29,854 nt of DNA from a virus. Where the stretch lies: the IMG/VR virus record IMGVR_UViG_3300001278_000003, positions 1-29,854 of that record. One strand, written 5' to 3'. Both the position numbers and the translations under genes were made by a program. Every line of letters starts with the position of its first letter. Positions within the stretch are counted from its first letter, which is position 1. This document shows positions 1 to 7,653 of this stretch, in pieces. The notes beneath the pieces were generated by a model. That model saw nothing but the letters and a program-made list of their open reading frames with translations, was not told the DNA's origin and did no database searches.

Positions 1-49
1 CCTAACGTTAATTCTACTACTTCGGAAGTTCCGCCGTTAGGTCCTTCGC
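1..49. repeat. Terminal overlap, copy 1 (identical to 29806..29854).
   Basis: cctaacgttaattctactacttcggaagttccgccgttaggtccttcgc is present at both window ends. Confidence 0.95.
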
Positions 50-323
50 TTCCGTTAACCTTTCCCGTGTTATCGTAAAGAAACGTCCTTAGTTCCCCTA
101 TTGAAAATAAAGAACCGTCGGGCTTAAATAGTTCTTCTAATCTATAACGTTCCTTATTTGAAAAGCTATTGTTATCGTCATTATTTACACCGTCCAAAAA
201 CAATTCCGCCTTAGCTTCGTTAATTCTCGGTCTAATATCTTTTAAAGGCGCTTCTAAAGCGAATTCCCCGTTTTCCTTAATACCAATAAGGAAGTTACCC
301 CTTACTTCTAAAGTTACATTCAT
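1..323 (-). CDS. N-terminal part of a junction-spanning gene (ATG at 321-323). It continues in frame into 29196..29854, giving a putative receptor-binding/tail-associated protein of about 310 aa.
   Basis: Manual minus-strand translation from 323 gives MNVTLEVRGNFLIGIKENGEFALEAPLKDIRPRINEAKAELFLDGV... with no stop down to base 1. Bases 1-49 equal 29806-29854, and the 29805-nt offset is divisible by 3, so the frame joins the ORF ending at 29196. Confidence 0.75.
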   Translation of the reverse strand, partial: MNVTLEVRGNFLIGIKENGEFALEAPLKDIRPRINEAKAELFLDGVNNDDNNSFSNKERYRLEELFKPDGSLFSIGELRTFLYDNTGKVNGSEGPNGGTSEVVELTL

Positions 324-325
324 AA

Positions 326-823
326 TTATAATTTTATATCTTCCCTAATTGATTTAATACTATGGTTGGGGTCCAGCTTATCTAAAAACGCATCCAGCGC
401 CTTACCCATTCCGCTAAGGTTTCCCATTTGCTTATTTTCCCCTAAGTTATCCGAAATGGTTTCAAACCAGTTACCGAAGTTATGAGAATAATCTTTTTTA
501 ATTAAAGTAGCATTTAACAACGGACCGCAATAAACATTACCGCTTATATCCCTAGTAATAGCCACGTTAAAAAGATATTTCCTAAAACCACGCCACAATA
601 ATAAAGCGTGTAAAAATCCTATAGGGTAAAGCCCTAAAGAAGCTATAGTAGAAACTGTCATTAAAATAAACATTACATACAGTCGCTTATCAAACAAATA
701 AACAACCGACAGGACCAAGCCCACCACTACCGTAAGAACTACGGTTACCAAAAACCAAGCTAAAGCCAATGCACTAAACACCAGCTTTAACAATCCTTCC
801 CAAATTCTTTGCGCTAAACTCAT
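326..823 (-). CDS. Multi-pass membrane protein, function unknown (holin-like or exclusion-type candidate).
   Basis: 165-aa ORF. The N-terminal ~95 aa are almost entirely hydrophobic (LLKLVFSALALAWFLVTVVLTVVVGLVLSVVYLF; LYVMFILMTVSTIASLGLYPIGFLHALLLW) and the C-terminal ~70 aa are polar. Only 2 nt separate it from each neighbouring gene. Confidence 0.65.
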   Translation of the reverse strand: MSLAQRIWEGLLKLVFSALALAWFLVTVVLTVVVGLVLSVVYLFDKRLYVMFILMTVSTIASLGLYPIGFLHALLLWRGFRKYLFNVAITRDISGNVYCGPLLNATLIKKDYSHNFGNWFETISDNLGENKQMGNLSGMGKALDAFLDKLDPNHSIKSIREDIKL

Positions 824-825
824 AT

Positions 826-1188
826 CTATTGTTCTATTATTTGTAAATCCTCCTTAGTTAGACCTAAATATTTATTACTTGTTTTTTCAGAATCTATTAT
901 TTCAATAGCAACCTTTAACATTAATATTTCATTTAAATCAAACAATCCTAAATTCGGGTTATCCTTTATTAATTGCGTAGTTAAGCTATTAACCTTTTCC
1001 CTCGAATAGTTATCTGAAAAGCTTTTAATAGGGTGGTACTTTTCGTCTTTTTTAGCAAAAACAGTTAGTTGTACTAACATATTTTCTTGTGAACTAATTT
1101 GCCTTATAGCTACGTCAGATATAAATATCTCTGTCTCCGCATCTTCAAAGCTTAATAATACTCGTTTTTTACTTTCAATTAATTTCAT
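826..1188 (-). CDS. Hypothetical protein immediately downstream of the tail fibre gene (possible fibre chaperone).
   Basis: 120-aa ORF packed in the operon. No motif recognised; the functional guess rests on position only. Confidence 0.6.
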   Translation of the reverse strand: MKLIESKKRVLLSFEDAETEIFISDVAIRQISSQENMLVQLTVFAKKDEKYHPIKSFSDNYSREKVNSLTTQLIKDNPNLGLFDLNEILMLKVAIEIIDSEKTSNKYLGLTKEDLQIIEQ

Positions 1189-1198
1189 TTTTATCTAA

Positions 1199-2578
1199 TT
1201 ATGGGTTAATAAATCCTATTGTTCCGTTTGAAATATTTCTATAAATATATGTGTTTCCTGTCACACAACCGTTTGCTATAGTTAAATCTGCTGTAGCATC
1301 CGAAGCGTTTGTGTAAGATGGTATAGAGGTGTTAGCTATTATAAACGCTAAATCCTTAGCATTTCCAAATCCTGAACCCTCACCTAAAGCTAAAACATTA
1401 TTTCCTGAGTTTTGTCGCCCCGCATTATACCCAAAAAACGAGCAATTATTTCCTGAGTTTTGAAAAGAAGAAAAACTTCCTATAGAATTAGCCCTAACAC
1501 CTGAATTAAACCTACCAGCTTGCTCCCCAACAAAAGAACTTCCACCCCCTGAGTTGTTTTCACCTGACAAATAACCCGCTCCAAAAACTCCTGAGCCTAC
1601 ATTGTTTCTCAAAGACCCTAATCCCATGGAGGTATTGTTAGTACCCGAACTATCCCTACCACTAAAAGAACCCACAAAAGTACAGTTAGCTCCTAAGTTT
1701 CCATTTCCCGCAAAATGACCAATAGCAGTAAAAAAACTTGCGTTTGTTATTCCCCCCGCTTGATTCCCTATTAAGGTCGAATTACTTAATATATTACCTC
1801 CTTCTATTGAACTCCCTATAATTACATTATTACTTGAACTTCTTAAGTTTCTTGCTGAATCATAACCAAGAAATATATTGTTCTGACCACCCGAAAGATC
1901 CCCCCCCGCGTTTTCTCCTATTGCTACATTTCTATCGTTATTGTTCCCTCCATCCGTTCCCGTTCCGTTCAAAGTGAAGTTACCAATTGCAACATTATCG
2001 TCACCTATTCCATCGCCACCACCTAGACCAATAACAAAATTTCTTAACCCTCTAGTTTCGTTGCCATCGGGTACAGGAGCGCCAAAATACATTCCGCCGT
2101 CTTGTATATCCACATCCCCTAAATCATTAAGAACCTTAGCACCTACCAAATCATCTGTAGGACTTAATGTTACATCCCCACTTCCTTCATCTACAACCGT
2201 AAAGCCATTAATGCCTATTCCCGTTACATTCTCTATCACTTCACCCCCTACTAAATCCGAAACAGCTAAAGAGCTTCCGCCGTTTCCACCATTTCCACCT
2301 TGATTCGGATCTAAAGAAGTATCCCCTTGCACAACTAAAGGCTTATAGCATATAGACAAAAGCACTAACATAGCTTGCGCTTGACTTTCGGCTATAGTTT
2401 CATCTACTGTGAAACTTAAGTCGGTATATTCTACACTTTGGAATATGGCTTGCGTAGAATCAAAAACATTAAATAATCCTATACTTTTCGAACCCTGTTT
2501 TAAAGGTTGGTAAATTCTTGCAAACGGAATTCCGTCTACAGAAAAGTATTCTTCGTCTAATAATACTATATTTCTCAT
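1199..2578 (-). CDS. Tail fibre/adhesin with a Gly/Asn-rich repetitive beta-solenoid-like region (YadA-head/Hep_Hag-like repeats).
   Basis: 459 aa. A GGNGGNGG linker is followed by about 14 degenerate 15-17-aa repeats of the form N-x-[VFI]-[AIL]-[ILV]-G-x-x-[AS]-G-x-x-x-x-G (NVAIGNFTLNG, NVAIGENAGGD, NIFLGYDSARN, NVIIGSSIEGG, TLIGNQAGGIT, FTAIGHFAGNG, CTFVGSFSGRD, SFVGEQAGRFN, CSFFGYNAGRQ, VLALGEGSGFG). Confidence 0.8.
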   Translation of the reverse strand: MRNIVLLDEEYFSVDGIPFARIYQPLKQGSKSIGLFNVFDSTQAIFQSVEYTDLSFTVDETIAESQAQAMLVLLSICYKPLVVQGDTSLDPNQGGNGGNGGSSLAVSDLVGGEVIENVTGIGINGFTVVDEGSGDVTLSPTDDLVGAKVLNDLGDVDIQDGGMYFGAPVPDGNETRGLRNFVIGLGGGDGIGDDNVAIGNFTLNGTGTDGGNNNDRNVAIGENAGGDLSGGQNNIFLGYDSARNLRSSSNNVIIGSSIEGGNILSNSTLIGNQAGGITNASFFTAIGHFAGNGNLGANCTFVGSFSGRDSSGTNNTSMGLGSLRNNVGSGVFGAGYLSGENNSGGGSSFVGEQAGRFNSGVRANSIGSFSSFQNSGNNCSFFGYNAGRQNSGNNVLALGEGSGFGNAKDLAFIIANTSIPSYTNASDATADLTIANGCVTGNTYIYRNISNGTIGFINP

Positions 2579-2596
2579 TTTTTAAAATCGTTTTTT

Positions 2597-2890
2597 TTAC
2601 GCTTCTGCGCCGTTTTCTTCTTCTACTTCCGTATGTAGTTTTCCGTACTTCGTTTCGTAAGCTTTAACTATTAATTCCAAGTTATTATTTACTTGTAGTA
2701 AATCTATAATTTGCACTTTCATATCTTCCACTAATTGCTTTTCAATTTCCCTAACTGTTTTTAGGTTATCGAGTTCGGAAGACTGGTTAGAAATCTTCTT
2801 AGTTTTTCTTCCAGTAAAGAAAGCAACAACGCCCCCGACTGCTAAAGATATTGTTTCCCAATTTTCGATTAAATAATTTACTAACTTCAT
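2597..2890 (-). CDS. Small membrane-anchored coiled-coil protein (i-spanin-like or holin-like candidate).
   Basis: 97 aa. One N-terminal TM segment (ISLAVGGVVAFFTG) is followed by RKTKK, a heptad-like coiled coil (LDNLKTVREIEKQLVEDMKVQIIDLLQVNNNLELIV) and an acidic tail. Confidence 0.65.
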   Translation of the reverse strand: MKLVNYLIENWETISLAVGGVVAFFTGRKTKKISNQSSELDNLKTVREIEKQLVEDMKVQIIDLLQVNNNLELIVKAYETKYGKLHTEVEEENGAEA

Positions 2891-2897
2891 AACGTGC

Positions 2898-3500
2898 TTA
2901 TAATTTAATGCTTACCCCAAAAGTAACATTTTTTTTCGTATCATACCCAACACTATAAGCACGCTTCCCAGTATTTAACGTAGCCGAAGCACCTAGCGCA
3001 CTAAAATTTCTTAAACCGTCCGAAGTCCTTATAAAAGTCCCTAAATAAATTTTAGGTCTATTTTTCTTAACTGAAAAAGGCACTATCCTTTCTTTAATTT
3101 TAAAGTTAATTTCCTGTCTATCTAAGGTCCCAGTTACAAAACTTTTTACCTCTATTCTTACTAAAGAATCTTCTACCGTATCTAAATATTCCCGCCTAGA
3201 AACCGCGCTTTTTATAGCCTTATCTTTATCTTCTGCGCTAACTATCTTACTATAAGCTGAATCGTTTAATACTGGCTTTCTAGCGACTATTTTAACTACT
3301 GTTTTAGTCCTATCTTTATACACAGTATCATACTTTATAACCTCACTAGGAACCTCTATTAAAACTTTCTTTTCAACCTCCTTTAATACTACTTCTTTTT
3401 GTTCATTTCTGAACAAATAAAAATGCGCTAATACCGAAGATATTAACGCAATAATTAATAATATATTTTTGTTCAATTTTGCACCTTTAAAATTTACCAT
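2898..3500 (-). CDS. Signal-anchor/secreted beta-rich protein, function unknown.
   Basis: 200 aa. The N-terminus KLNKNILLIIALISSVLAHFYLF is a signal or anchor segment, and the C-terminal third shows alternating beta-strand-like patterns (YLGTFIRTSDGL, ATLNTGKRAYSVGYDTKKNVTFGVSIKL). It overlaps the upstream gene by 7 nt. Confidence 0.65.
   Translation of the reverse strand: MVNFKGAKLNKNILLIIALISSVLAHFYLFRNEQKEVVLKEVEKKVLIEVPSEVIKYDTVYKDRTKTVVKIVARKPVLNDSAYSKIVSAEDKDKAIKSAVSRREYLDTVEDSLVRIEVKSFVTGTLDRQEINFKIKERIVPFSVKKNRPKIYLGTFIRTSDGLRNFSALGASATLNTGKRAYSVGYDTKKNVTFGVSIKL
3393..3419 (+). promoter_or_regulatory. Embedded copy of the R core inside the minus-strand gene 2898..3500.
   Basis: TTCTTTTTGTTCA-TTTC-TGAACAAATA against R TTCTTTTTGTTCA-ATTT-TGAACAAATA: 25 of 27 identical, in the same orientation, with perfect half-sites at the same N4 spacing. 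Confidence 0.6.
3466..3486 (+). promoter_or_regulatory. Second, partial embedded copy of the R core.
   Basis: TTTTTGTTCAATTTTG (16 nt identical to R) followed by CACCT instead of AACAA. It lies within the first 35 nt of gene 2898..3500. Confidence 0.45.
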
Positions 3501-4006
3501 TTTTCTACTTTTAAACTGTTAAAACTTCCTTCTTTTCCATCTTCCCTTTCTACGAAACTAAATGTTTCTTTTTGCTCCCTTAAGTAACATAATACTTCTT
3601 CCCACTTGAAATAAGCGTCGTTTTGCGCTTGTTTTGATATACTTTTAAGGGTGTTTACATCTACTGGGGTGGTATCGTTGTGATTCTTAGTACCAGCGCC
3701 GAAAGCGGTTATATTCACATTAATAGTAGCTATATACCTAGCATATACTAAATCAGCTAAAACCGCATTAAGCCCAAAATGGTATCTATCTAAACCTTCC
3801 GAATTAAAATTAGCCCCTTCCATTAAAGGCTTAAAAGCTTCCACTTCGTAATTTTTCAATACTACGTAGTAGAAATTCCCTAAAAGCTTCTTAAAATCGT
3901 TTATTTGGGCTAATCTTATACATTCGTTTATTTTCCTAACATCTACCTTCTTAGATATATCCCTTAATTCCGCAAATACTAAAGCCGTAATTATATTCTT
4001 ATCCAT
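3494..4006 (-). CDS. Hypothetical virion protein directly downstream of portal (possible head-tail connector/adaptor).
   Basis: 170-aa ORF, 2 nt after the portal stop. No catalytic motif; the function is inferred from position only. Confidence 0.6.
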   Translation of the reverse strand: MDKNIITALVFAELRDISKKVDVRKINECIRLAQINDFKKLLGNFYYVVLKNYEVEAFKPLMEGANFNSEGLDRYHFGLNAVLADLVYARYIATINVNITAFGAGTKNHNDTTPVDVNTLKSISKQAQNDAYFKWEEVLCYLREQKETFSFVEREDGKEGSFNSLKVEKW

Positions 4007-4008
4007 AA

Positions 4009-5346
4009 CTATAAATCGTTTTCCTGTGTTTCTTCTAACTTTTTAGGCTCCCCTATCATAGCTTCCGCCTGTTCCTTATTGAAACCGAAAATATTAACTA
4101 TCATTTCTATACCAGCGCTTTTCGTAGTGGTTCCATTTCCTACACTTTGCTGTATAGCTAATAAAGAAGTTACACCACCTACGGACCCTCTAAGGTTCGC
4201 CTGTGCTTTTTCGTTTACATTTTCTTCTTCCGTTTCCAATTCCATTTCTTCTTCGTATGGATTAATAACAGATAAAAGGCTAAGACCCTGTAGTTTTCTA
4301 ATCTTATTTAAAGCTTCTACTATTTCGTCCCTATCTTCTTCCTTATCGTTGTAAACTTGCTTCTTAGCTTCCAAAAGCATAGCGCCCGAATTACCAAAAA
4401 CCCCGCTATCATCTTGAACTAACAATATTTTAGGAACACCTAAAGACCTACATATATTCGCTTCCGACTTCTTTTCGCTGTACTCGAAAATTTTATCGTC
4501 TATCTTTTCCGTTAAATTACCCATAAACACCGACTTAGATAAGTCTTCGCTGGCTACTTGTGCTTCTACCGCTATTATTCTATTAGTATTTTCTACACCC
4601 CTAACGCCGTCTATAGTTTCCTTAAAGTTTCTTTTTTCTTCCTTATCTGAAAACTTAGGCAATACCATTAATTTAGTATTTACGAACCCAGTAGAAAAAC
4701 CCGAAGACCTAAACTTCGTAGCCTGTACTTCGTTATAAGCATCTTCTATGGCTGGTTCTAAATCAGTCATTCCGTAGTGCTCTATTTCATCTTTACATAA
4801 ATGCAAAATTTGACCGTTATACTTATCTATACCGCCAGCGTGTTCTATTTGCTTTCTAATCACCTCCTTATTAGGGTTAAACCTATCAACCAAAATAAAC
4901 TTATCAGAAGAAATTTTTTTGCTTTTCTTTTTATCCCAGTTATCGTAAACCACAAATTTACCTACATATCCTTTGTCGTCGTCCTTTCCCAACCTAGAAT
5001 CTTTTACCTTAACTACTTTATAGCTGGAAGGCTCGTAGTTCAAATCGTAAGATATATGCAAATAAGCGTTATTATGCTTAGCATATTGCTTGCACAATAT
5101 TCTATAAACCTTATTTACAGTATCTACCGTATTAGCTTTTTCGCTACCGAAAACGTCGCCGAACCCCCCGCCGTAAATTGCTTTAGATAAAATATTAAAG
5201 CAAGCTTTAGTAGTTGGACTTTTAGACGCTAAGGCATTAACCAAAGACGGGAAGGCGTTATCCTTCCCGAAATTGAACACTTCTGTTCTATTGTCTTTCT
5301 TTATTTCTAATAATTCAGACGCTAGACTGTTATATAGTATTTTCAT
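4009..5346 (-). CDS. Portal protein.
   Basis: 445 aa, a typical portal size. It has a central ATKFRSSGFSTGFVNTKLMVLP ... DGVRGVENTNRIIAVEA segment and an acidic stretch followed by NLRGSVGGVTSLLAIQQSVGNGTTTKSAGIEMIVNIFGFNKEQAEAMIG, which resembles portal C-terminal regions. It is the only ORF in the genome with portal-like size and features. Confidence 0.65.
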   Translation of the reverse strand: MKILYNSLASELLEIKKDNRTEVFNFGKDNAFPSLVNALASKSPTTKACFNILSKAIYGGGFGDVFGSEKANTVDTVNKVYRILCKQYAKHNNAYLHISYDLNYEPSSYKVVKVKDSRLGKDDDKGYVGKFVVYDNWDKKKSKKISSDKFILVDRFNPNKEVIRKQIEHAGGIDKYNGQILHLCKDEIEHYGMTDLEPAIEDAYNEVQATKFRSSGFSTGFVNTKLMVLPKFSDKEEKRNFKETIDGVRGVENTNRIIAVEAQVASEDLSKSVFMGNLTEKIDDKIFEYSEKKSEANICRSLGVPKILLVQDDSGVFGNSGAMLLEAKKQVYNDKEEDRDEIVEALNKIRKLQGLSLLSVINPYEEEMELETEEENVNEKAQANLRGSVGGVTSLLAIQQSVGNGTTTKSAGIEMIVNIFGFNKEQAEAMIGEPKKLEETQENDL

Positions 5347-5968
5347 TTTCTAAAATCTTGTCTACAAAATTTTTAATTGAAGTAGCCTTAACTTCGGGGT
5401 AAGCTTTTCTTAAATCAGCTAAAGACATCTTTAATAACTCCGCTTTCTTTTTTTCCTTACACTTTTCGCAAGGCTCTTTCCCTTCTGTTTCTTCACAGCA
5501 TTTTTTTTCTTCCCCTACCGCTGGGTCCGTTGCTTCTTTTTTTTCTATTGCTGTGTCTACTGGCGGGTCTAATGAATTTACCTTTAATGTTTCAGCATCT
5601 ACCACCTTAATATCTTTAACACCCTCCACTATCAATTCTTCCCAGTTTTTAGGGAAAACATCAAAAAGCCTAATCCTTTCGGGATTCTGCGCCAAGAAAG
5701 CCAAAGCTTTTTCGTTAGACATTGTAGCGTTTGAAATTGTAAATTTATCGCCTTTCTTAATTTTGTACTGTGCGTTATGCGCTTTGAATCTAAAATCTGT
5801 CATTTTTAAAGTATTTTTTAATATAATTAGCATTTGTGAAACATCCGAAGGACAATACAAACAAACTACCCTACCAGTTTTTTCTTTATAAAAAGAAGCC
5901 AGCTTCTTAAGATTATTTCTTATATCCCTTTTAGTTCCGTTTAAAATTTTTTTTAATTCTTCTTCCAT
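5330..5968 (-). CDS. Hypothetical protein with Cys clusters and a C-terminal HeH/SAP-like motif.
   Basis: 212 aa. Motifs: CLYC near the N-terminus, KKCCEETEGKEPCEKCKEKKK later, and a C-terminal LLKMSLADLRKAYPEVKATSIKNFVDKI helix-extended-helix-like segment. Confidence 0.6.
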   Translation of the reverse strand: MEEELKKILNGTKRDIRNNLKKLASFYKEKTGRVVCLYCPSDVSQMLIILKNTLKMTDFRFKAHNAQYKIKKGDKFTISNATMSNEKALAFLAQNPERIRLFDVFPKNWEELIVEGVKDIKVVDAETLKVNSLDPPVDTAIEKKEATDPAVGEEKKCCEETEGKEPCEKCKEKKKAELLKMSLADLRKAYPEVKATSIKNFVDKILENENTI

Positions 5969-5985
5969 AAACTAAATTTATATAA

Positions 5986-6006
5986 GGACCGTATCTTATA
6001 CGGTCC
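5986..6006 (-). terminator. Perfect stem-loop downstream of gene 6022..6606.
   Basis: GGACCGTAT-CTT-ATACGGTCC, a 9-bp stem, in the 53-nt gap before gene 5330..5968. Confidence 0.4.
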
Positions 6007-6021
6007 CTATTAAATTAAAAT

Positions 6022-6606
6022 TTAAGCTTCTACGAAAAGACTTTCGAAAGTCGCCAAAGTTACTGCGTAATCGTCGCCTTCTAAGAAAACGTTATACGGG
6101 TACTGTTCGGGCGTATCTTCTTCGGTTGAAATAGTAAAAGGCGCACTACCAGCATTTTCTTTAGAGTTAATTAAGAATTCGCTAAGCGTCATTCCATTTT
6201 GAAACCCTAAAACCTTAAACGCGTCTTTACCATCCACACCCTTAAATTTACTTTCATAAACTATAACAAAGTTTCCGTTTTTTAATTCGTGCGCTCTATT
6301 TGCATTTTCAGCACTTGAATTAGGAAGCCTACAAAGGAAGCTATGTATAAAACCATCTATGTTTTCCGCATTAGGCGCATAGGTGTTATTATCATTTCCT
6401 AACTTCTTATACCACTTTAACAGCCTACCAGTTTTTCCAGCCTTAAGCTGTAGGTTAGTTACTAAAGAACGGTTAGAAGTTGTAGCGCTTCGGTCTATAT
6501 CGTCGTAATTAATAATTACGGCACGACTTCCAGCAATCCCAGCAACAGGGGATTCATCACACGAAAATACTATATCATCCTGTAATTCGTCAATACAATC
6601 TATCAT
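6022..6606 (-). CDS. Abundant structural protein candidate (possible major tail tube or head accessory protein).
   Basis: 194-aa ORF immediately after the capsid gene, bracketed by two perfect GC-containing hairpins (6622..6644 and 5986..6006). No diagnostic motif, so the function is tentative. Confidence 0.55.
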   Translation of the reverse strand: MIDCIDELQDDIVFSCDESPVAGIAGSRAVIINYDDIDRSATTSNRSLVTNLQLKAGKTGRLLKWYKKLGNDNNTYAPNAENIDGFIHSFLCRLPNSSAENANRAHELKNGNFVIVYESKFKGVDGKDAFKVLGFQNGMTLSEFLINSKENAGSAPFTISTEEDTPEQYPYNVFLEGDDYAVTLATFESLFVEA

Positions 6607-6621
6607 TTTTTTTGTATTAGT

Positions 6622-6644
6622 GGGACCAGCTTTTAACTGGTCCC
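6622..6644 (-). terminator. Perfect stem-loop just downstream of the capsid gene (attenuator/RNA-stabiliser candidate).
   Basis: GGGACCAG-CTTTTAA-CTGGTCCC, an 8-bp stem. There is no U-tract on the minus-strand transcript, so terminator function is uncertain. Confidence 0.4.
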
Positions 6645-6667
6645 GTTAATAATTATTTTTTTTTGCC

Positions 6668-7597
6668 TTACGCCCCTACAGTAAATTCTACTATTTCTTC
6701 TGCGTTGTCGATAGTTACACCCGACTTCGCTTTAGTTCTAAAGAATAACTTATCGTCTTTCTTTTCGTACCAAATATCCATAATAGATTCTTCGCCGTCC
6801 ATATCCATACCTACTATAAAGTTAGTAGAAACAGAAGCGAACATACGCTGTGTTCCATCTAAACCATAGATACGCATTAAGATACCGCGACCACCTCCGA
6901 TTCTATAAACTCCGTTATCGTGTTCGGGCTTATAGTGGTATAAGTTATCTTCTTTTTCTTTAGCGATATACTTATCGAAAGTATCATCACCTACTAAAAT
7001 TACGAAATCTTCGCTTCGCTTAACATCCGTAGGCGCTTCTGTACGCATATCGTCTACTAAACCTTTAACGTTAGCCTTTGTAATTTCTGTAGCGTTAGAA
7101 GTATTACCTTCTATTACGCCCGCTTCTGCGTCGATTTTCTTAATAAAACCGTCAAACAAAACATAAGCCCCCGTCGCTGGGTCCCCGTCTACATCCCCTT
7201 GCCAGTAAGTGTTTTCTAGCGTCTTCTGAATAGAAGCCACTTTAACATCTACTATTTTTTCTTCCCAACTTTTAGGAATTCCTGTAGCATTTGAACCAGG
7301 CGCTAAAACCGTGTTAGGCATTTTCTTTTCTAGGTCCCCAATACAAAATCCTTCGTAATAAGTCCATTCGCACACTTCTAATTCCACTTCGTCTACTTCC
7401 GTAGTTCCTTGTGGCTCTTTACAAGTACCCTTCTGCAATTCAGCTACACCGCCGATTCTAGGCACTCTAGTTTTTCCTTTTACGCCAGTCATAAAACGGG
7501 CGAATCTTCCAGTATCGGACCCGCTAAATAGCGTAGCCGTTAAAACATCCGAAGAAGTTTCTACATAGTCCGAAAATTTTGTTAAATCAAAACTCAT
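6668..7597 (-). CDS. Major capsid protein (HK97-fold type).
   Basis: 309 aa, directly downstream of the protease/scaffold gene. It contains the YWQGD...LFDGFIKKI and GGGRGILMRIYGLDG segments typical of phage capsid families, and a strong hairpin follows the stop codon. Confidence 0.8.
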   Translation of the reverse strand: MSFDLTKFSDYVETSSDVLTATLFSGSDTGRFARFMTGVKGKTRVPRIGGVAELQKGTCKEPQGTTEVDEVELEVCEWTYYEGFCIGDLEKKMPNTVLAPGSNATGIPKSWEEKIVDVKVASIQKTLENTYWQGDVDGDPATGAYVLFDGFIKKIDAEAGVIEGNTSNATEITKANVKGLVDDMRTEAPTDVKRSEDFVILVGDDTFDKYIAKEKEDNLYHYKPEHDNGVYRIGGGRGILMRIYGLDGTQRMFASVSTNFIVGMDMDGEESIMDIWYEKKDDKLFFRTKAKSGVTIDNAEEIVEFTVGA

Positions 7598-7653
7598 TTT
7601 TTTACTCTTTTTTTTACTTATTAATAATTATTTAAACTAAACTACTTTCGGCA

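Noticed and set aside
1-49. The 49-bp end identity as a genuine direct terminal repeat of the virion DNA.
   Set aside because: A continuous ORF crosses it. An assembly overlap from circular closure is more likely, although read data would be needed to be certain.
1941-2303. 120-aa proline-rich plus-strand ORF.
   Set aside because: It lies entirely antisense to the Gly-rich repeat region of the fibre gene. GGN codons read as NCC on the other strand, giving an artefactual Pro/Ser-rich frame.
1199-2578. A diversity-generating retroelement acting on the repetitive fibre.
   Set aside because: There is no reverse transcriptase ORF in the genome, and I saw no near-identical template/variable DNA repeat pair. 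The repeats are degenerate at the DNA level.
4079-5190. Plus-strand ORFs 4079..4354 and 4801..5190.
   Set aside because: They lie antisense within the portal gene, with hydrophobic low-complexity translations and no intergenic context.
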